This document shows, one piece after another, positions 1 through 8,581 of a DNA stretch of 64,000 bases. The position numbers were made by a program, and so were the translations under genes. Source of the DNA: Longimicrobiales bacterium (GTDB taxonomy: Bacteria; Gemmatimonadota; Gemmatimonadetes; Longimicrobiales; Gaopeijiaceae). A model generated the notes under the pieces. That model did not search any database. It saw only the letters and a program-made list of their open reading frames with translations, and was not told the origin of the DNA. Each line of letters starts with the position of its first letter. Positions within the stretch are counted from its first letter, which is position 1. Location of the stretch: positions 96,001-160,000 of the forward strand of contig CBDCKN010000003.1 in assembly GCA_965218295.1 (NCBI GenBank). Direction: 5' to 3'.

Positions 1-594
1 GAGAAACTGCCCCGGGTGGTCACGGAAGTTGAGCGGCTCGAGCACCATGACGAGCCCATGCGGTTCCAACATCTCGGATGCTCGGCGCAACTTGTCCACC
101 ACGTTCGCGGTCTGGTATCCCATGTCGGCTCGGAGGTCGACGTGCCCCAGGACAACGGTCATCCACGTGGCGTTGACTCGCTGTGCGAATTCCACGGAGT
201 CTCGAACCTCGCGTAGGAATTGCTCGCGGTCTTCATTGCGATCGGTCGTGAGATTCGGTTCGCGCCAGGAAACCGTGTGGGCGACGAACACCCCCATTTG
301 CATGTTTAGCCGAGTCATTTCTCGCGCGATGCGGTCTCGCAATTCGACAGGGCGCTGTTTCATCCTGTTGTCTTCCAGAGCGCGGAACCCCTCATCGGCC
401 ATGAACTGCAACTGACCGATCGGATCGCTCCCCGCGTGCTCCTCGAACATGCCAAAGTGTGGGGCAAAATTCATCGTGAACGTCGAGGCTTGGCTGTGCT
501 CCGTGGCCTCGAGTGTGCGATTAGGGATCAAGGCACCGCCGACGGTCGCGGCGCCCGCGGCGATCGAATGTCTGACGAACGTTCTGCGTTCCAT
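1..594 (-). CDS. Tat-exported hydroxypyruvate isomerase/xylose isomerase-like TIM-barrel protein (runs off window start)
   Basis: Manual translation from ATG at 594: MERRTFVRHSIAAGAA...FAPHFGMF...MVLEPLNFRDHPGQFL; twin-Arg signal and Hyi-like EPLN motif; not in the ORF track because it is truncated by the edge. Confidence 0.8.
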   Translation of the reverse strand, partial: MERRTFVRHSIAAGAATVGGALIPNRTLEATEHSQASTFTMNFAPHFGMFEEHAGSDPIGQLQFMADEGFRALEDNRMKQRPVELRDRIAREMTRLNMQMGVFVAHTVSWREPNLTTDRNEDREQFLREVRDSVEFAQRVNATWMTVVLGHVDLRADMGYQTANVVDKLRRASEMLEPHGLVMVLEPLNFRDHPGQFL

Positions 595-711
595 GTTTGC
601 CTCAGTTCCGATGCTTGCACGGGCCCGTCGCCCTGTAACACACGAACAGATACCTGGGTCCATGGTTCCAGGAGTGCTATTCCTCTTGCAGGGCCGAGCA
701 CACGCCGTCGC

Positions 712-788
712 TCCGAGTTCCTCTTCGGAGAGGTATACGTATCTTTATATCGTGAGTATACGTACCGGAGGTTGCAGGTTCAAGAAGG
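712..788 (-). repeat. Dispersed ~77-bp element, copy 1 (sigma70-like promoter + TACGTATAC repeats + hairpin)
   Basis: 712-765 matches the reverse complement of 36046-36099 at 53/54 nt; minus strand TTGAAC(783-778)-17 bp-TATACT(760-755) points at the gene starting at 594. Confidence 0.85.
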
Positions 789-836
789 CCCGGCAAGTGC
801 TCACCGACTTCCTTCACGTGGTCAGAGCCGTCCCCC

Positions 837-1262
837 CTAGCCGCTCTCCCGGGCCGAGCTCTTCAGGACCTCGTCGAAGAGGAACAGGTCGGTAAGGAGC
901 GCCCGGAAGTGGATCGAAGCGTTCAGATTGTCGACAAGCTGCGAGCTGATGGCGGACTGGGCCATCACGAGCCGAAGGACCGACCGGGTGTCTCCCGCAT
1001 CCCTCTCGATGACCTTACCGACGTCCCGGTAGGCATCCTCGGGCTGCAGTCCGTCGATGACACCCCCCATCCCTTCCATGAGGGCCCCCAGGGCTTCGTC
1101 CGTGCGGTTCAGGTACTCGCGCAGCTCACCCCCGGAAGCGCTGCCGCCGTCGCCCGACAACCCCTGGGCCGCGTACGCGAGGAAGAACTCGTAGCTCTCC
1201 TCGATCGTGTGGATGTGCTTTCTGAGCTCGTCGGCCGTCACGTCAGGAGGACGCTCCCGCAT
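837..1262 (-). CDS. Conserved-looking hypothetical protein downstream of cytochrome b
   Basis: 141-aa ORF with protein-like composition (IEESYEFFLAYAAQG, LVDNLNASIHFRALLTDLF), overlapping the upstream stop. Confidence 0.7.
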   Translation of the reverse strand: MRERPPDVTADELRKHIHTIEESYEFFLAYAAQGLSGDGGSASGGELREYLNRTDEALGALMEGMGGVIDGLQPEDAYRDVGKVIERDAGDTRSVLRLVMAQSAISSQLVDNLNASIHFRALLTDLFLFDEVLKSSARESG

Positions 1263-2166
1263 CGAACGTCATGCTCTCGTCGCCCGCCGGCGCCTCGGAC
1301 GCCGCCACCTCGCCCACCGACCCATGGGCAGCCGCCGCCGACACTAGCCCCGGCTCTTCGGCCCCCGCGATGACCCACCGCCCAGGATCGTGGTGCCCTA
1401 AGTACTCGCTCCGAGAAATCCATCCGAAGATCATGGATTTTGTGATCCACCACTTGTCCGGCCTTATCGCGAAGTAGATGTGCGTGATGGTCAGGCCGAT
1501 CAGCACGACTCCTCCGAGGCCATGCAGCACGTAGACCACACCCCATGAGCTGTCGGCGAGCATGTACGGGTTCGCCGTCCAGAAGGGTGTCTCCAGTCGC
1601 AGCATCATCAGCACCCCGGTGGCGATGGCCACCAGGCCCGCCACCGCCGCAGCGTGGTGGAAGAGCTTGTGGTCGATGGGGTACTTGCCTGTCTTGGGCG
1701 CCTCCGCCCCGCCGCGCCCCAGCATGTGGTTGACCTCCGCTATCCCCGCCTTGATGTCCGCCTTGTCGATCCACATCGCCCACAGGTCCTGCCAGAAGGT
1801 GGCGCGGATGATGTGATAGACGATCATGGCGGTGAGGATCACCCCTGCCACCCAGTGGATCGTCACCCAGGCGAACTGGATGCCCAGAACCGGGAAGAAG
1901 GCCGTCACCAGAAGCACGAGCATTACCAGCGACATGAGCCAGTGGAAGACCCGCTCGGACATGGCGTGCCGAAGGATCCGGCTGGGAAGGCCCGAGCTCG
2001 CGTCATCCGACGGCGCCGCGCCCGCCGGCGCCAGGAAGCGCGCCCATACGGCGTGCAGCACCACGAAGCCGGCTCCGGCGATTATGGCAGCCCACATGAG
2101 GTCCCACGACACTCCGATCAGGACCTCCTGATTCCACGGATTGACCGCTCGCCGCCAGAGTTCCAT
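1243..2166 (-). CDS. Cytochrome b subunit, formate dehydrogenase gamma / Ni-hydrogenase cytochrome b family
   Basis: From MELWRRAVNPW: RVFHW, TIHW, GKYPIDHKLFH, YVLHGL, THIYFA heme-ligand helices, KSMIFGWIS. Confidence 0.8.
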   Translation of the reverse strand: MELWRRAVNPWNQEVLIGVSWDLMWAAIIAGAGFVVLHAVWARFLAPAGAAPSDDASSGLPSRILRHAMSERVFHWLMSLVMLVLLVTAFFPVLGIQFAWVTIHWVAGVILTAMIVYHIIRATFWQDLWAMWIDKADIKAGIAEVNHMLGRGGAEAPKTGKYPIDHKLFHHAAAVAGLVAIATGVLMMLRLETPFWTANPYMLADSSWGVVYVLHGLGGVVLIGLTITHIYFAIRPDKWWITKSMIFGWISRSEYLGHHDPGRWVIAGAEEPGLVSAAAAHGSVGEVAASEAPAGDESMTFDAGASS

Positions 2167-2168
2167 GG

Positions 2169-2240
2169 CTAACTCCCCGCCCCGAACGTCCTTCTCGAGA
2201 CCGTGCGCTCCGGAGTGCCGATGATCTCGACGTCGCTCAT
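2169..2240 (-). pseudogene. 23-aa mini-ORF with Tat motif (MSDVEIIGTPERTVSRRTFGAGS), probable deletion remnant
   Basis: G-rich RBS-like AAGGGGGGTAGG upstream; SRRTF motif without an h-region; stop 2 nt before the cytochrome b ATG. Confidence 0.5.
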
Positions 2241-2454
2241 GGAGCCTACCCCCCTTACGTGAATACGACGGCAGAAGAACTGGCGGCCCTCCGCCCGCCT
2301 CGGAGCAAGATACGAGGGAAGCCCACTGTGGGCGAGTACAGATCGGGGTCTTACGCGACCTCTCGTCTGAACCGCAGAGTCGCCAGGAGATGGTCAAACG
2401 ATCGTATGAGTCGGCCCTGGGCCGGTAGTGGCGGAGTGCCAAAGCAGGATCGAT

Positions 2455-2565
2455 GAATCCGGCACCACGGGACGCTTGGGTTAGTGTTCCGTCTCCCCCT
2501 GAATCCTTTCGCCGGGGCCCGCGCGTATTAGAATTACCAGGGCGATCGCAACCTTCGGAACACGA
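2455..2565 (-). ncRNA. Possible Moco/Tuco-type cis-regulatory RNA
   Basis: Minus strand order CCGA...CCTGGT...ATACG...GAAA...CAGGG...GGAA...GCGTCCCGT recalls the Moco RNA motif; lies upstream of an FDH-type cytochrome b; recognised by eye only. Confidence 0.3.
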
Positions 2566-2689
2566 GGCCCTCTCCGGCCTGAGGCCTCTCTCTCCGCGAG
2601 CTCGAGCGACGCTCGAGCCCCGAGCAGACGGGCTTCCGGCCTCTATACCCGGATAGCACGGCCGCACGAACGCGGGTACCTTTCCCGCC

Positions 2690-5600
2690 GTGAGCCAGCC
2701 AGAGCCGGACCGACGCCCGCGCCTCAGCAAGGTGCAAGCCCTCGACCTCCTCGGGTCCCACTTCGGACTCGTGGGCGACGTCGCGTCCCTACCGAGCGAG
2801 CGCGATCAGAACTTCCGTGTAGTGTCCGATCGAGGGGACCGGTTCGTTCTGAAGATCGCCCACCCCGATGTGCCCACGGCTCTTCTGGAGCTCCAAGCCG
2901 ACGTCTTGGCGTTCCTGACCGAGCGGGACATCGGTGTCGATCTCCCCAGGATCGTACCGACCACGACCGGGGATAGCGGCTTTGCCGCCCCTGGCGACGA
3001 CGGAGCCACGCACTGGGTGCGACTCCTCACCTACGTCGAGGGTGAGATCATGGGGACCGGCCGGCCCAGGACGCCCTCCCTCCTGGAGTCTTTCGGCGAA
3101 GCGATGGGCCGCCTGGACGCAGCGCTCTCCGAATTCGACCACCCGGCCGCGGTCCGCCCGGACTTCCAGTGGGATCTGACCCGCGCCCACCAGGTCATGG
3201 ACGCCAACCTCTCCCATATCCGAAAAAAGGAGCGGGGAGCCCGGGTCGAGGCGGTCCGACGCGAATTCGAGACCGTCGTAGTACCGCTCCTACCCGAGGT
3301 GCCGAGGAGCGTCATCCACAACGACGCCAACGACTACAACGTTCTCGTCAGTCCTCCCACACCGGAGGGACGGACGGTCGTCGGACTCGTGGACTTCGGG
3401 GACGCTCTCGAGAGCGCGACCGTGTGTGACTTGGCCGTAGGCGCCGCCTACGCCCTCTTCGGGGCGTCCGACCCTATGGCCGCCATGATCTCGGTGGTGC
3501 GCGGGTACCATCGCGTTCGTCCCCTCACCGAGACGGAGCTGGAGATTCTCTTCCCCCTCGTCCGGGCGCGGCTGGGCGTGAGTGTCAGCATCTCCGCCTC
3601 CCGGGGTGGAGGGGCTTCGGAAGACTCGTACCTGACGATCAGCGAGGCTCCGGCATGGGATGCGCTGACCGATCTGGCCGCAGTCCATCCGCGCGTCGCC
3701 CGGAACCTCCTCAGAGACGCGTGTGAACTCGAGCCGTGCCCGAGTCACGACCAGGTTACCGGCTGGATCGAATGGCACCGGAAGGAGATGGGCCCTGTGG
3801 TCAGCGAGAGCCTGGACGATGCCCTGGTCTTCGATCTCAGCGCAGCCAGCCCCGAGATCGACGACCTGGACCGGGTCCTCGACGCCGCCGCGTTCAGGAC
3901 ACACCTCCTGCGCCGTCTCGAAGAGGAGGGCGCCACGGTGGGCATCGGCCGATACGCCGAGCCCCGTGTGTGCTACGCCTCGGACGACTACGCGCAGGCC
4001 GCTGGGGAATTCCCGGAGCGTCGCACCGTGCACACCGCCATCGACATCTTCCTCCCCGTAGGGAGCCCGGTCCTGGCCCCCCTCGACGGCCACGTTCACA
4101 GCGTTCAGAACAACTCGGAGCGACTGGACTACGGGCCCACGATCCTGCTCGAGCACTCCCCCAAGGACGCCCCGACCTTCTACACACTATACGGGCACCT
4201 GGATGAGGAGTCGCTGGAGGGCCTGGAGGTGGGGATGCCCGTGGAGCGCGGTCAGCAGATCGCCCAGCTCGGTGACTTTCCCGAGAACGGGGACTGGCCG
4301 CCGCATCTCCACTTCCAGCTGATCACCGACCTTCTGGACATGGAGGGCACCTTCCCGGGGGTCGCGCTTCCCAGCCAGCGGAACGTGTGGCTGAGCATCT
4401 CCCCCGACCCGGGCCTCATACTGGACCTGCCCGAGGGCTCCACTTTCGCTCCCGAGGTGCCGCTTCACCAGATCAGAGACCTCCGCCGGGAGCATCTGGG
4501 GCCGTCCCTCCGCCTCTCGTACAGAGAGCCGCTCCACATCGTCCGAGGGTGGAAGCAGCACCTCATCGATGCGGATGGGCAGGCCTACCTGGACGGGGTG
4601 AACAACGTCTGTCACGTGGGCCACTGCCATCCCCGAGTCGTGGAGGCCGCCCGAAAGCAGATGGGGGTCCTGAACACGAACACCCGCTACCTCCACGAGA
4701 CCATCGGCCGCTACTGCGAGCGTCTCACCGCCACCCTGCCCGATCCGCTCTCGGTGTGCTTCCTCGTGAACTCGGGGAGCGAGGCGAACGAGTTGGCATT
4801 CCGGCTCGCCCATGCCCACACCCAACGCGACGACTTCATCGTGGTGGAGGGCGCCTACCATGGGAACACGGGAGCCACCATTGCAGCCAGCCCCTACAAG
4901 TTCGACGGACCGGGGGGCGAGGGTGCCGCCCCGCACATCCATACCGTGGCCATGCCCGACGACTACCGGGGGCTTTTCCGGCGGTCGGACCCGGATCGCG
5001 GCCAGCGGTTCGCGGATCTGCTCCTGGAGGCCATAGCGGAGGCGCAGCGGCGATCGTTCGGCCCCGCCGCGTTCATCTGCGAGAGCCTGTTGAGCTGCGG
5101 AGGACAGATCGAGCTCCCTCCGGGCTACCTCGCGGCGGCATACGCCCTGGTGCGCAAGGATGGCGGCGTGTGCATCTGCGACGAGGTCCAGGTGGGCTTC
5201 GGCCGCGTGGGAAGCCACTTCTGGGGCTTCGAGACTCAGGGCGTCGTGCCCGACATCGTGACCATGGGCAAGCCCATGGGGAACGGGCATCCACTGGGCG
5301 CCGTAGTCACCACGCCCGAGATCGCCGAGAGCTTCGCCAACGGCATGGAGTACTTCAACACCTTCGGCGGCAATCCGGTATCGTGCGCAGTCGGCCTGGC
5401 GGTCCTGGACGTCATCGAGGACGAGGGTCTCCAGGAGCACGCCCTCCGCGTCGGCAGCCGCATGCGCGACGGGCTCGTCTCACTGATGGGGCGGCACCCG
5501 GCGGTGGGAGACGTGCGCGGCCTGGGCCTGTTTCTCGGGATCGAGATCGTCTCCGATCATGCGAGCCGCGAGCCCCACCCCGGAGTCGCCGAGTACGTCG

Positions 5601-5770
5601 TCGAGAGGATGAAGGACCATGGCATCCTACTGAGCACCGACGGACCCGACTACAACGTCATCAAGATCAAGCCACCCCTCGTGTTCGATCAGAACGACGC
5701 CGACCGCGTCGTCGAGGTGATGGACCGCGTGCTTTCGGACGACTACGTAACCCGGAATTGCGGAGGGTGA
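2690..5770 (+). CDS. Fusion of APH-type phosphotransferase, M23-like domain and class III aminotransferase (hydroxylysine kinase/phospho-lyase-like)
   Basis: IHNDANDYN and VDFGD kinase motifs; [18 protein letters not shown]23 motifs; [26 protein letters not shown]. Confidence 0.9.
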   Translation: MSQPEPDRRPRLSKVQALDLLGSHFGLVGDVASLPSERDQNFRVVSDRGDRFVLKIAHPDVPTALLELQADVLAFLTERDIGVDLPRIVPTTTGDSGFAAPGDDGATHWVRLLTYVEGEIMGTGRPRTPSLLESFGEAMGRLDAALSEFDHPAAVRPDFQWDLTRAHQVMDANLSHIRKKERGARVEAVRREFETVVVPLLPEVPRSVIHNDANDYNVLVSPPTPEGRTVVGLVDFGDALESATVCDLAVGAAYALFGASDPMAAMISVVRGYHRVRPLTETELEILFPLVRARLGVSVSISASRGGGASEDSYLTISEAPAWDALTDLAAVHPRVARNLLRDACELEPCPSHDQVTGWIEWHRKEMGPVVSESLDDALVFDLSAASPEIDDLDRVLDAAAFRTHLLRRLEEEGATVGIGRYAEPRVCYASDDYAQAAGEFPERRTVHTAIDIFLPVGSPVLAPLDGHVHSVQNNSERLDYGPTILLEHSPKDAPTFYTLYGHLDEESLEGLEVGMPVERGQQIAQLGDFPENGDWPPHLHFQLITDLLDMEGTFPGVALPSQRNVWLSISPDPGLILDLPEGSTFAPEVPLHQIRDLRREHLGPSLRLSYREPLHIVRGWKQHLIDADGQAYLDGVNNVCHVGHCHPRVVEAARKQMGVLNTNTRYLHETIGRYCERLTATLPDPLSVCFLVNSGSEANELAFRLAHAHTQRDDFIVVEGAYHGNTGATIAASPYKFDGPGGEGAAPHIHTVAMPDDYRGLFRRSDPDRGQRFADLLLEAIAEAQRRSFGPAAFICESLLSCGGQIELPPGYLAAAYALVRKDGGVCICDEVQVGFGRVGSHFWGFETQGVVPDIVTMGKPMGNGHPLGAVVTTPEIAESFANGMEYFNTFGGNPVSCAVGLAVLDVIEDEGLQEHALRVGSRMRDGLVSLMGRHPAVGDVRGLGLFLGIEIVSDHASREPHPGVAEYVVERMKDHGILLSTDGPDYNVIKIKPPLVFDQNDADRVVEVMDRVLSDDYVTRNCGG

Positions 5771-6741
5771 CGCGAGAGCGGGCCGTACCCTGGATTCTGG
5801 TCGGTCTCTACTGGTTTGTCCTGGCCACGCTGGCGGGGGAGCTCAAGCTCGACCACCTCACCTACGGTGGTGCCGTGCTCCTCCTGGCTCACCTCGGGCC
5901 CCGTGGGCGACAGGTGCTGCTCTTCCTCCTCCCCTTCATCCTGACGGGCGTCATCTACGACAGCCAACGATACTGGGGTCCCCACGTACGGGGCGCGCCC
6001 CACATCGCCGAGCCCTACCTCCTGGAGAGAAGCCTTTTCGGTGTCTCGTCGCCCAACGGGCCCCTGACGCTCAACGAGTGGTTCGGACTGCATCTCCACC
6101 CCGTCCTCGACCTCATTGCGGGCGGCGCATACCTGACGTTCATTGGGATCTTCATGGTGGTGGCCTTGCTCCTGACCCGCCGCATCTACAGGGGCAGCAT
6201 GGAAGACGGCGCCGGGGACGTGCGCGGAGACTGGAGCCCGGAGCGTCGTTTCTGGACGGCTCAGACCCTGGTGTGGTGCTTCCTCGTGGTCAATGTCGTG
6301 GGGTACGCTACCTGGTATCTCTATCCCGCCGCACCACCGTGGTACATCGAGGCGTACGGCCTCGAGACGCTGCTCTTGGATGTACCGGCGAGCCTGGGCC
6401 GAACTGCCCGCTTCGACGACCTCTTGGGGACGAGCTTCTTCGCCAGGTTGTACGGGTACGAGTCGAACCCGTTCGGGGCGATCCCATCGCTCCACATATC
6501 GTACCCCACACTCTCCGTCTTCTTCACCTTCAGGCTCGGAGCGCTCCGGACCCTCACGGTGGCATTCCTCGCCGTCATGTGCTTCGCGGCCGTCTATCTG
6601 AACCACCACTACGTGATCGACGTGGTGCTGGGTGTGCTCTACGGGTTGGTAGCGGGGGTGATGACGGTGGCAGGCGCCGAATGGGCGATCACTTCTTCTT
6701 CTTTTCGTCCTTCAAGAGAACGGAGAGGAGCATGGATATGA
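5767..6741 (+). CDS. PAP2-family / inositol phosphorylceramide synthase (Aur1)-like membrane enzyme
   Basis: GTG overlaps the upstream TGA; YPAAPPWY, GAIPSLH, AVYLNHHYVIDV. Confidence 0.85.
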   Translation: MTRERAVPWILVGLYWFVLATLAGELKLDHLTYGGAVLLLAHLGPRGRQVLLFLLPFILTGVIYDSQRYWGPHVRGAPHIAEPYLLERSLFGVSSPNGPLTLNEWFGLHLHPVLDLIAGGAYLTFIGIFMVVALLLTRRIYRGSMEDGAGDVRGDWSPERRFWTAQTLVWCFLVVNVVGYATWYLYPAAPPWYIEAYGLETLLLDVPASLGRTARFDDLLGTSFFARLYGYESNPFGAIPSLHISYPTLSVFFTFRLGALRTLTVAFLAVMCFAAVYLNHHYVIDVVLGVLYGLVAGVMTVAGAEWAITSSSFRPSRERRGAWI

Positions 6742-7048
6742 TGGAGATGACCACGCTGCCCACCACCGCCGGCCAGATCCCCCGAACGGCGAAGTTGTCC
6801 ACTAGCTCGGCGGTGAAGAGCAGCATGGCGCCGTTGATCACCAGATAGAAGAGGCCCAGGGTGAAGAAGAGGAACGGCAGCGAGAAGAAGAAGACGATGG
6901 GCTTCACCAGGGCGTTCACCAGCCCAAACACGAAGGCCACCAGAAGCACATCCAGGTACCCTCCCGTCAGGTCGATGCCGTTGACGAAGTAGGCAGCCCC
7001 GGTCAGGGCGAAGGCGTTGATGATGAGGCGAATCGCGAAGTTTCTCAC
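6689..7048 (-). CDS. 4-TM phage holin-family (YvlD-like) membrane protein
   Basis: FGLVNALVKPI...TLGLFYLVINGAML, basic C-terminus. Confidence 0.85.
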   Translation of the reverse strand: MRNFAIRLIINAFALTGAAYFVNGIDLTGGYLDVLLVAFVFGLVNALVKPIVFFFSLPFLFFTLGLFYLVINGAMLLFTAELVDNFAVRGIWPAVVGSVVISIISMLLSVLLKDEKKKK

Positions 7049-7344
7049 CCGTCGTCTCCCGAGGTCGGTCCAAAGAGGATGATCTGGTCCGGCACCATCG
7101 TCAGTCCAGCACGATCGCCAGTTCGGCCCGATCCTCTGCCGGGCAAGGCACTTACTCCGGCACGACCTGCGGGTCCCGGTCACCCAGGAAGTAGCGGGCC
7201 ACGTCGATGACATCGATGACGACCGATATACCATCCACGACGAGAACGGCGAGGATTCAGTTTCGGAACAGGCCGCTGGACGTCGATGCGGGTCGCGATC
7301 CCCCAACGTCGCGCGCGGCACAAGCGAGGGTATCTTAGCCCACG

Positions 7345-8511
7345 ATGAACGCGCACACACACATGGACGGTTCCCCCGGACCCCTCGTCACGATCCGCTG
7401 GACTGACGACGACGCTGGCCTGGTCATTCTCGATCAGACCGAGCTTCCCGGCTCGGAGGTCTACCGGGAGCTCCGAACGCTTCAAGAAGTGCACGAAGCC
7501 ATCACGAGCTTGCGGGTGCGTGGCGCTCCACTCGTCGGCATCACGGCAGCGATGGGCGTGGCTGCGCTGGCCAGCGCGCGGATCGGCGAGGAGGGAGGGA
7601 GGGCCGGCGACACCTCGGGCCATCACCCCTCGCCTCTTTCGGCCGATGAGGTGACGGAGTGGTGCCGCCATCTCGCCCAGGCCCGTCCCACCGCCGTGAA
7701 CCTCGGCTGGGCCCTTGAGCGCATGATCTCGACAGCGCTGGGAGCCCCGTGGGACGACCCGGCTGAGCTGGCCTATGCCCTGCGTGAGGAGGCCGGCCGC
7801 ATCCTGGACGAGGACCGGGTCATGTGCCGGCAGATCGGGGAGCACGCACTACCGCTGGTCGACGACGGGGCGTCCGTCCTCACCCACTGCAACGCCGGTG
7901 CCCTGGCCACCGGGGGGATCGGCACGGCCCTGGCGCCCCTATACCTGGCCCACCAGGTGGGTCGCTCGGTCCGGGTGTTCTCCACCGAGACGCGTCCGCT
8001 CCTGCAGGGGAGCAGGCTGACGGCGTGGGAGCTGGGCCGGGCCGGAATCGACGTGACGGTCATCACGGACAACATAGCGGGGGCGCTCTTCGGTGAGCTC
8101 CGCCCCGACATCGTATTCGTGGGAGCCGACCGGATCGCCGCCAACGGCGACGTGGCCAACAAGGTCGGGACGTACGCCCTGGCGGTCCTCGCCCGTCACC
8201 ACGAGGTCCCCTTCTACGTGCTGGCGCCGACGTCCACGGTGGATCTCAAGACCCCGTCCGGCGCCGACATCCCCATCGAGTTCCGAGGGGCAGAAGAGGT
8301 CTCCCGGGGGTTCGGACCGCTCACCGCCCCATCCGACGCCCAGGTGTGGAGCCCGGCGTTCGACATCACGCCCGCGAGCCTCGTCTCCGGCATTGTCACG
8401 GAGCACGGGATCCACACCCACCCGCTGGGAGAAGCGCTGGCGGAGGCCGTCCGCAGGGCCGACGAAGAACGCGGTAGGCGCCCGCTGACCAGCGAGGAGC
8501 CGACGTCGTGA
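7345..8511 (+). CDS. mtnA: S-methyl-5-thioribose-1-phosphate isomerase
   Basis: LDQTELP, VRGAP, ARPTAVNL, THCNAGALAT, ETRPLLQG, GADRIAANGDVANKVGTY. Confidence 0.95.
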   Translation: MNAHTHMDGSPGPLVTIRWTDDDAGLVILDQTELPGSEVYRELRTLQEVHEAITSLRVRGAPLVGITAAMGVAALASARIGEEGGRAGDTSGHHPSPLSADEVTEWCRHLAQARPTAVNLGWALERMISTALGAPWDDPAELAYALREEAGRILDEDRVMCRQIGEHALPLVDDGASVLTHCNAGALATGGIGTALAPLYLAHQVGRSVRVFSTETRPLLQGSRLTAWELGRAGIDVTVITDNIAGALFGELRPDIVFVGADRIAANGDVANKVGTYALAVLARHHEVPFYVLAPTSTVDLKTPSGADIPIEFRGAEEVSRGFGPLTAPSDAQVWSPAFDITPASLVSGIVTEHGIHTHPLGEALAEAVRRADEERGRRPLTSEEPTS

Positions 8512-8581
8512 CGGACGACATGGCGTGATCGAAACCCTGTCCACCGATTGACGCCGGCCCGACCCACTCCGTGCTACCGCC

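Noticed and set aside
731..765. dif/Xer site
   Set aside because: Does not match the XerD arm TTATGTTAAAT; better explained as promoter/operator
4387..5766. Long alternative-frame and antisense ORFs (e.g. 5' part of 4387-6741, 61585-63120, 4187-5440)
   Set aside because: Arg/Pro/Gly-rich shadow ORFs expected in high-GC DNA over real genes
6689..7048. Prophage inferred from the holin-family gene
   Set aside because: The family is commonly chromosomal; no other phage genes are present
7152..7256. Minus-strand fragment ILAVLVVDGISVVIDVIDVARYFLGDRDPQVVPE
   Set aside because: Looks like a gene tail but has no start and I cannot assign a family
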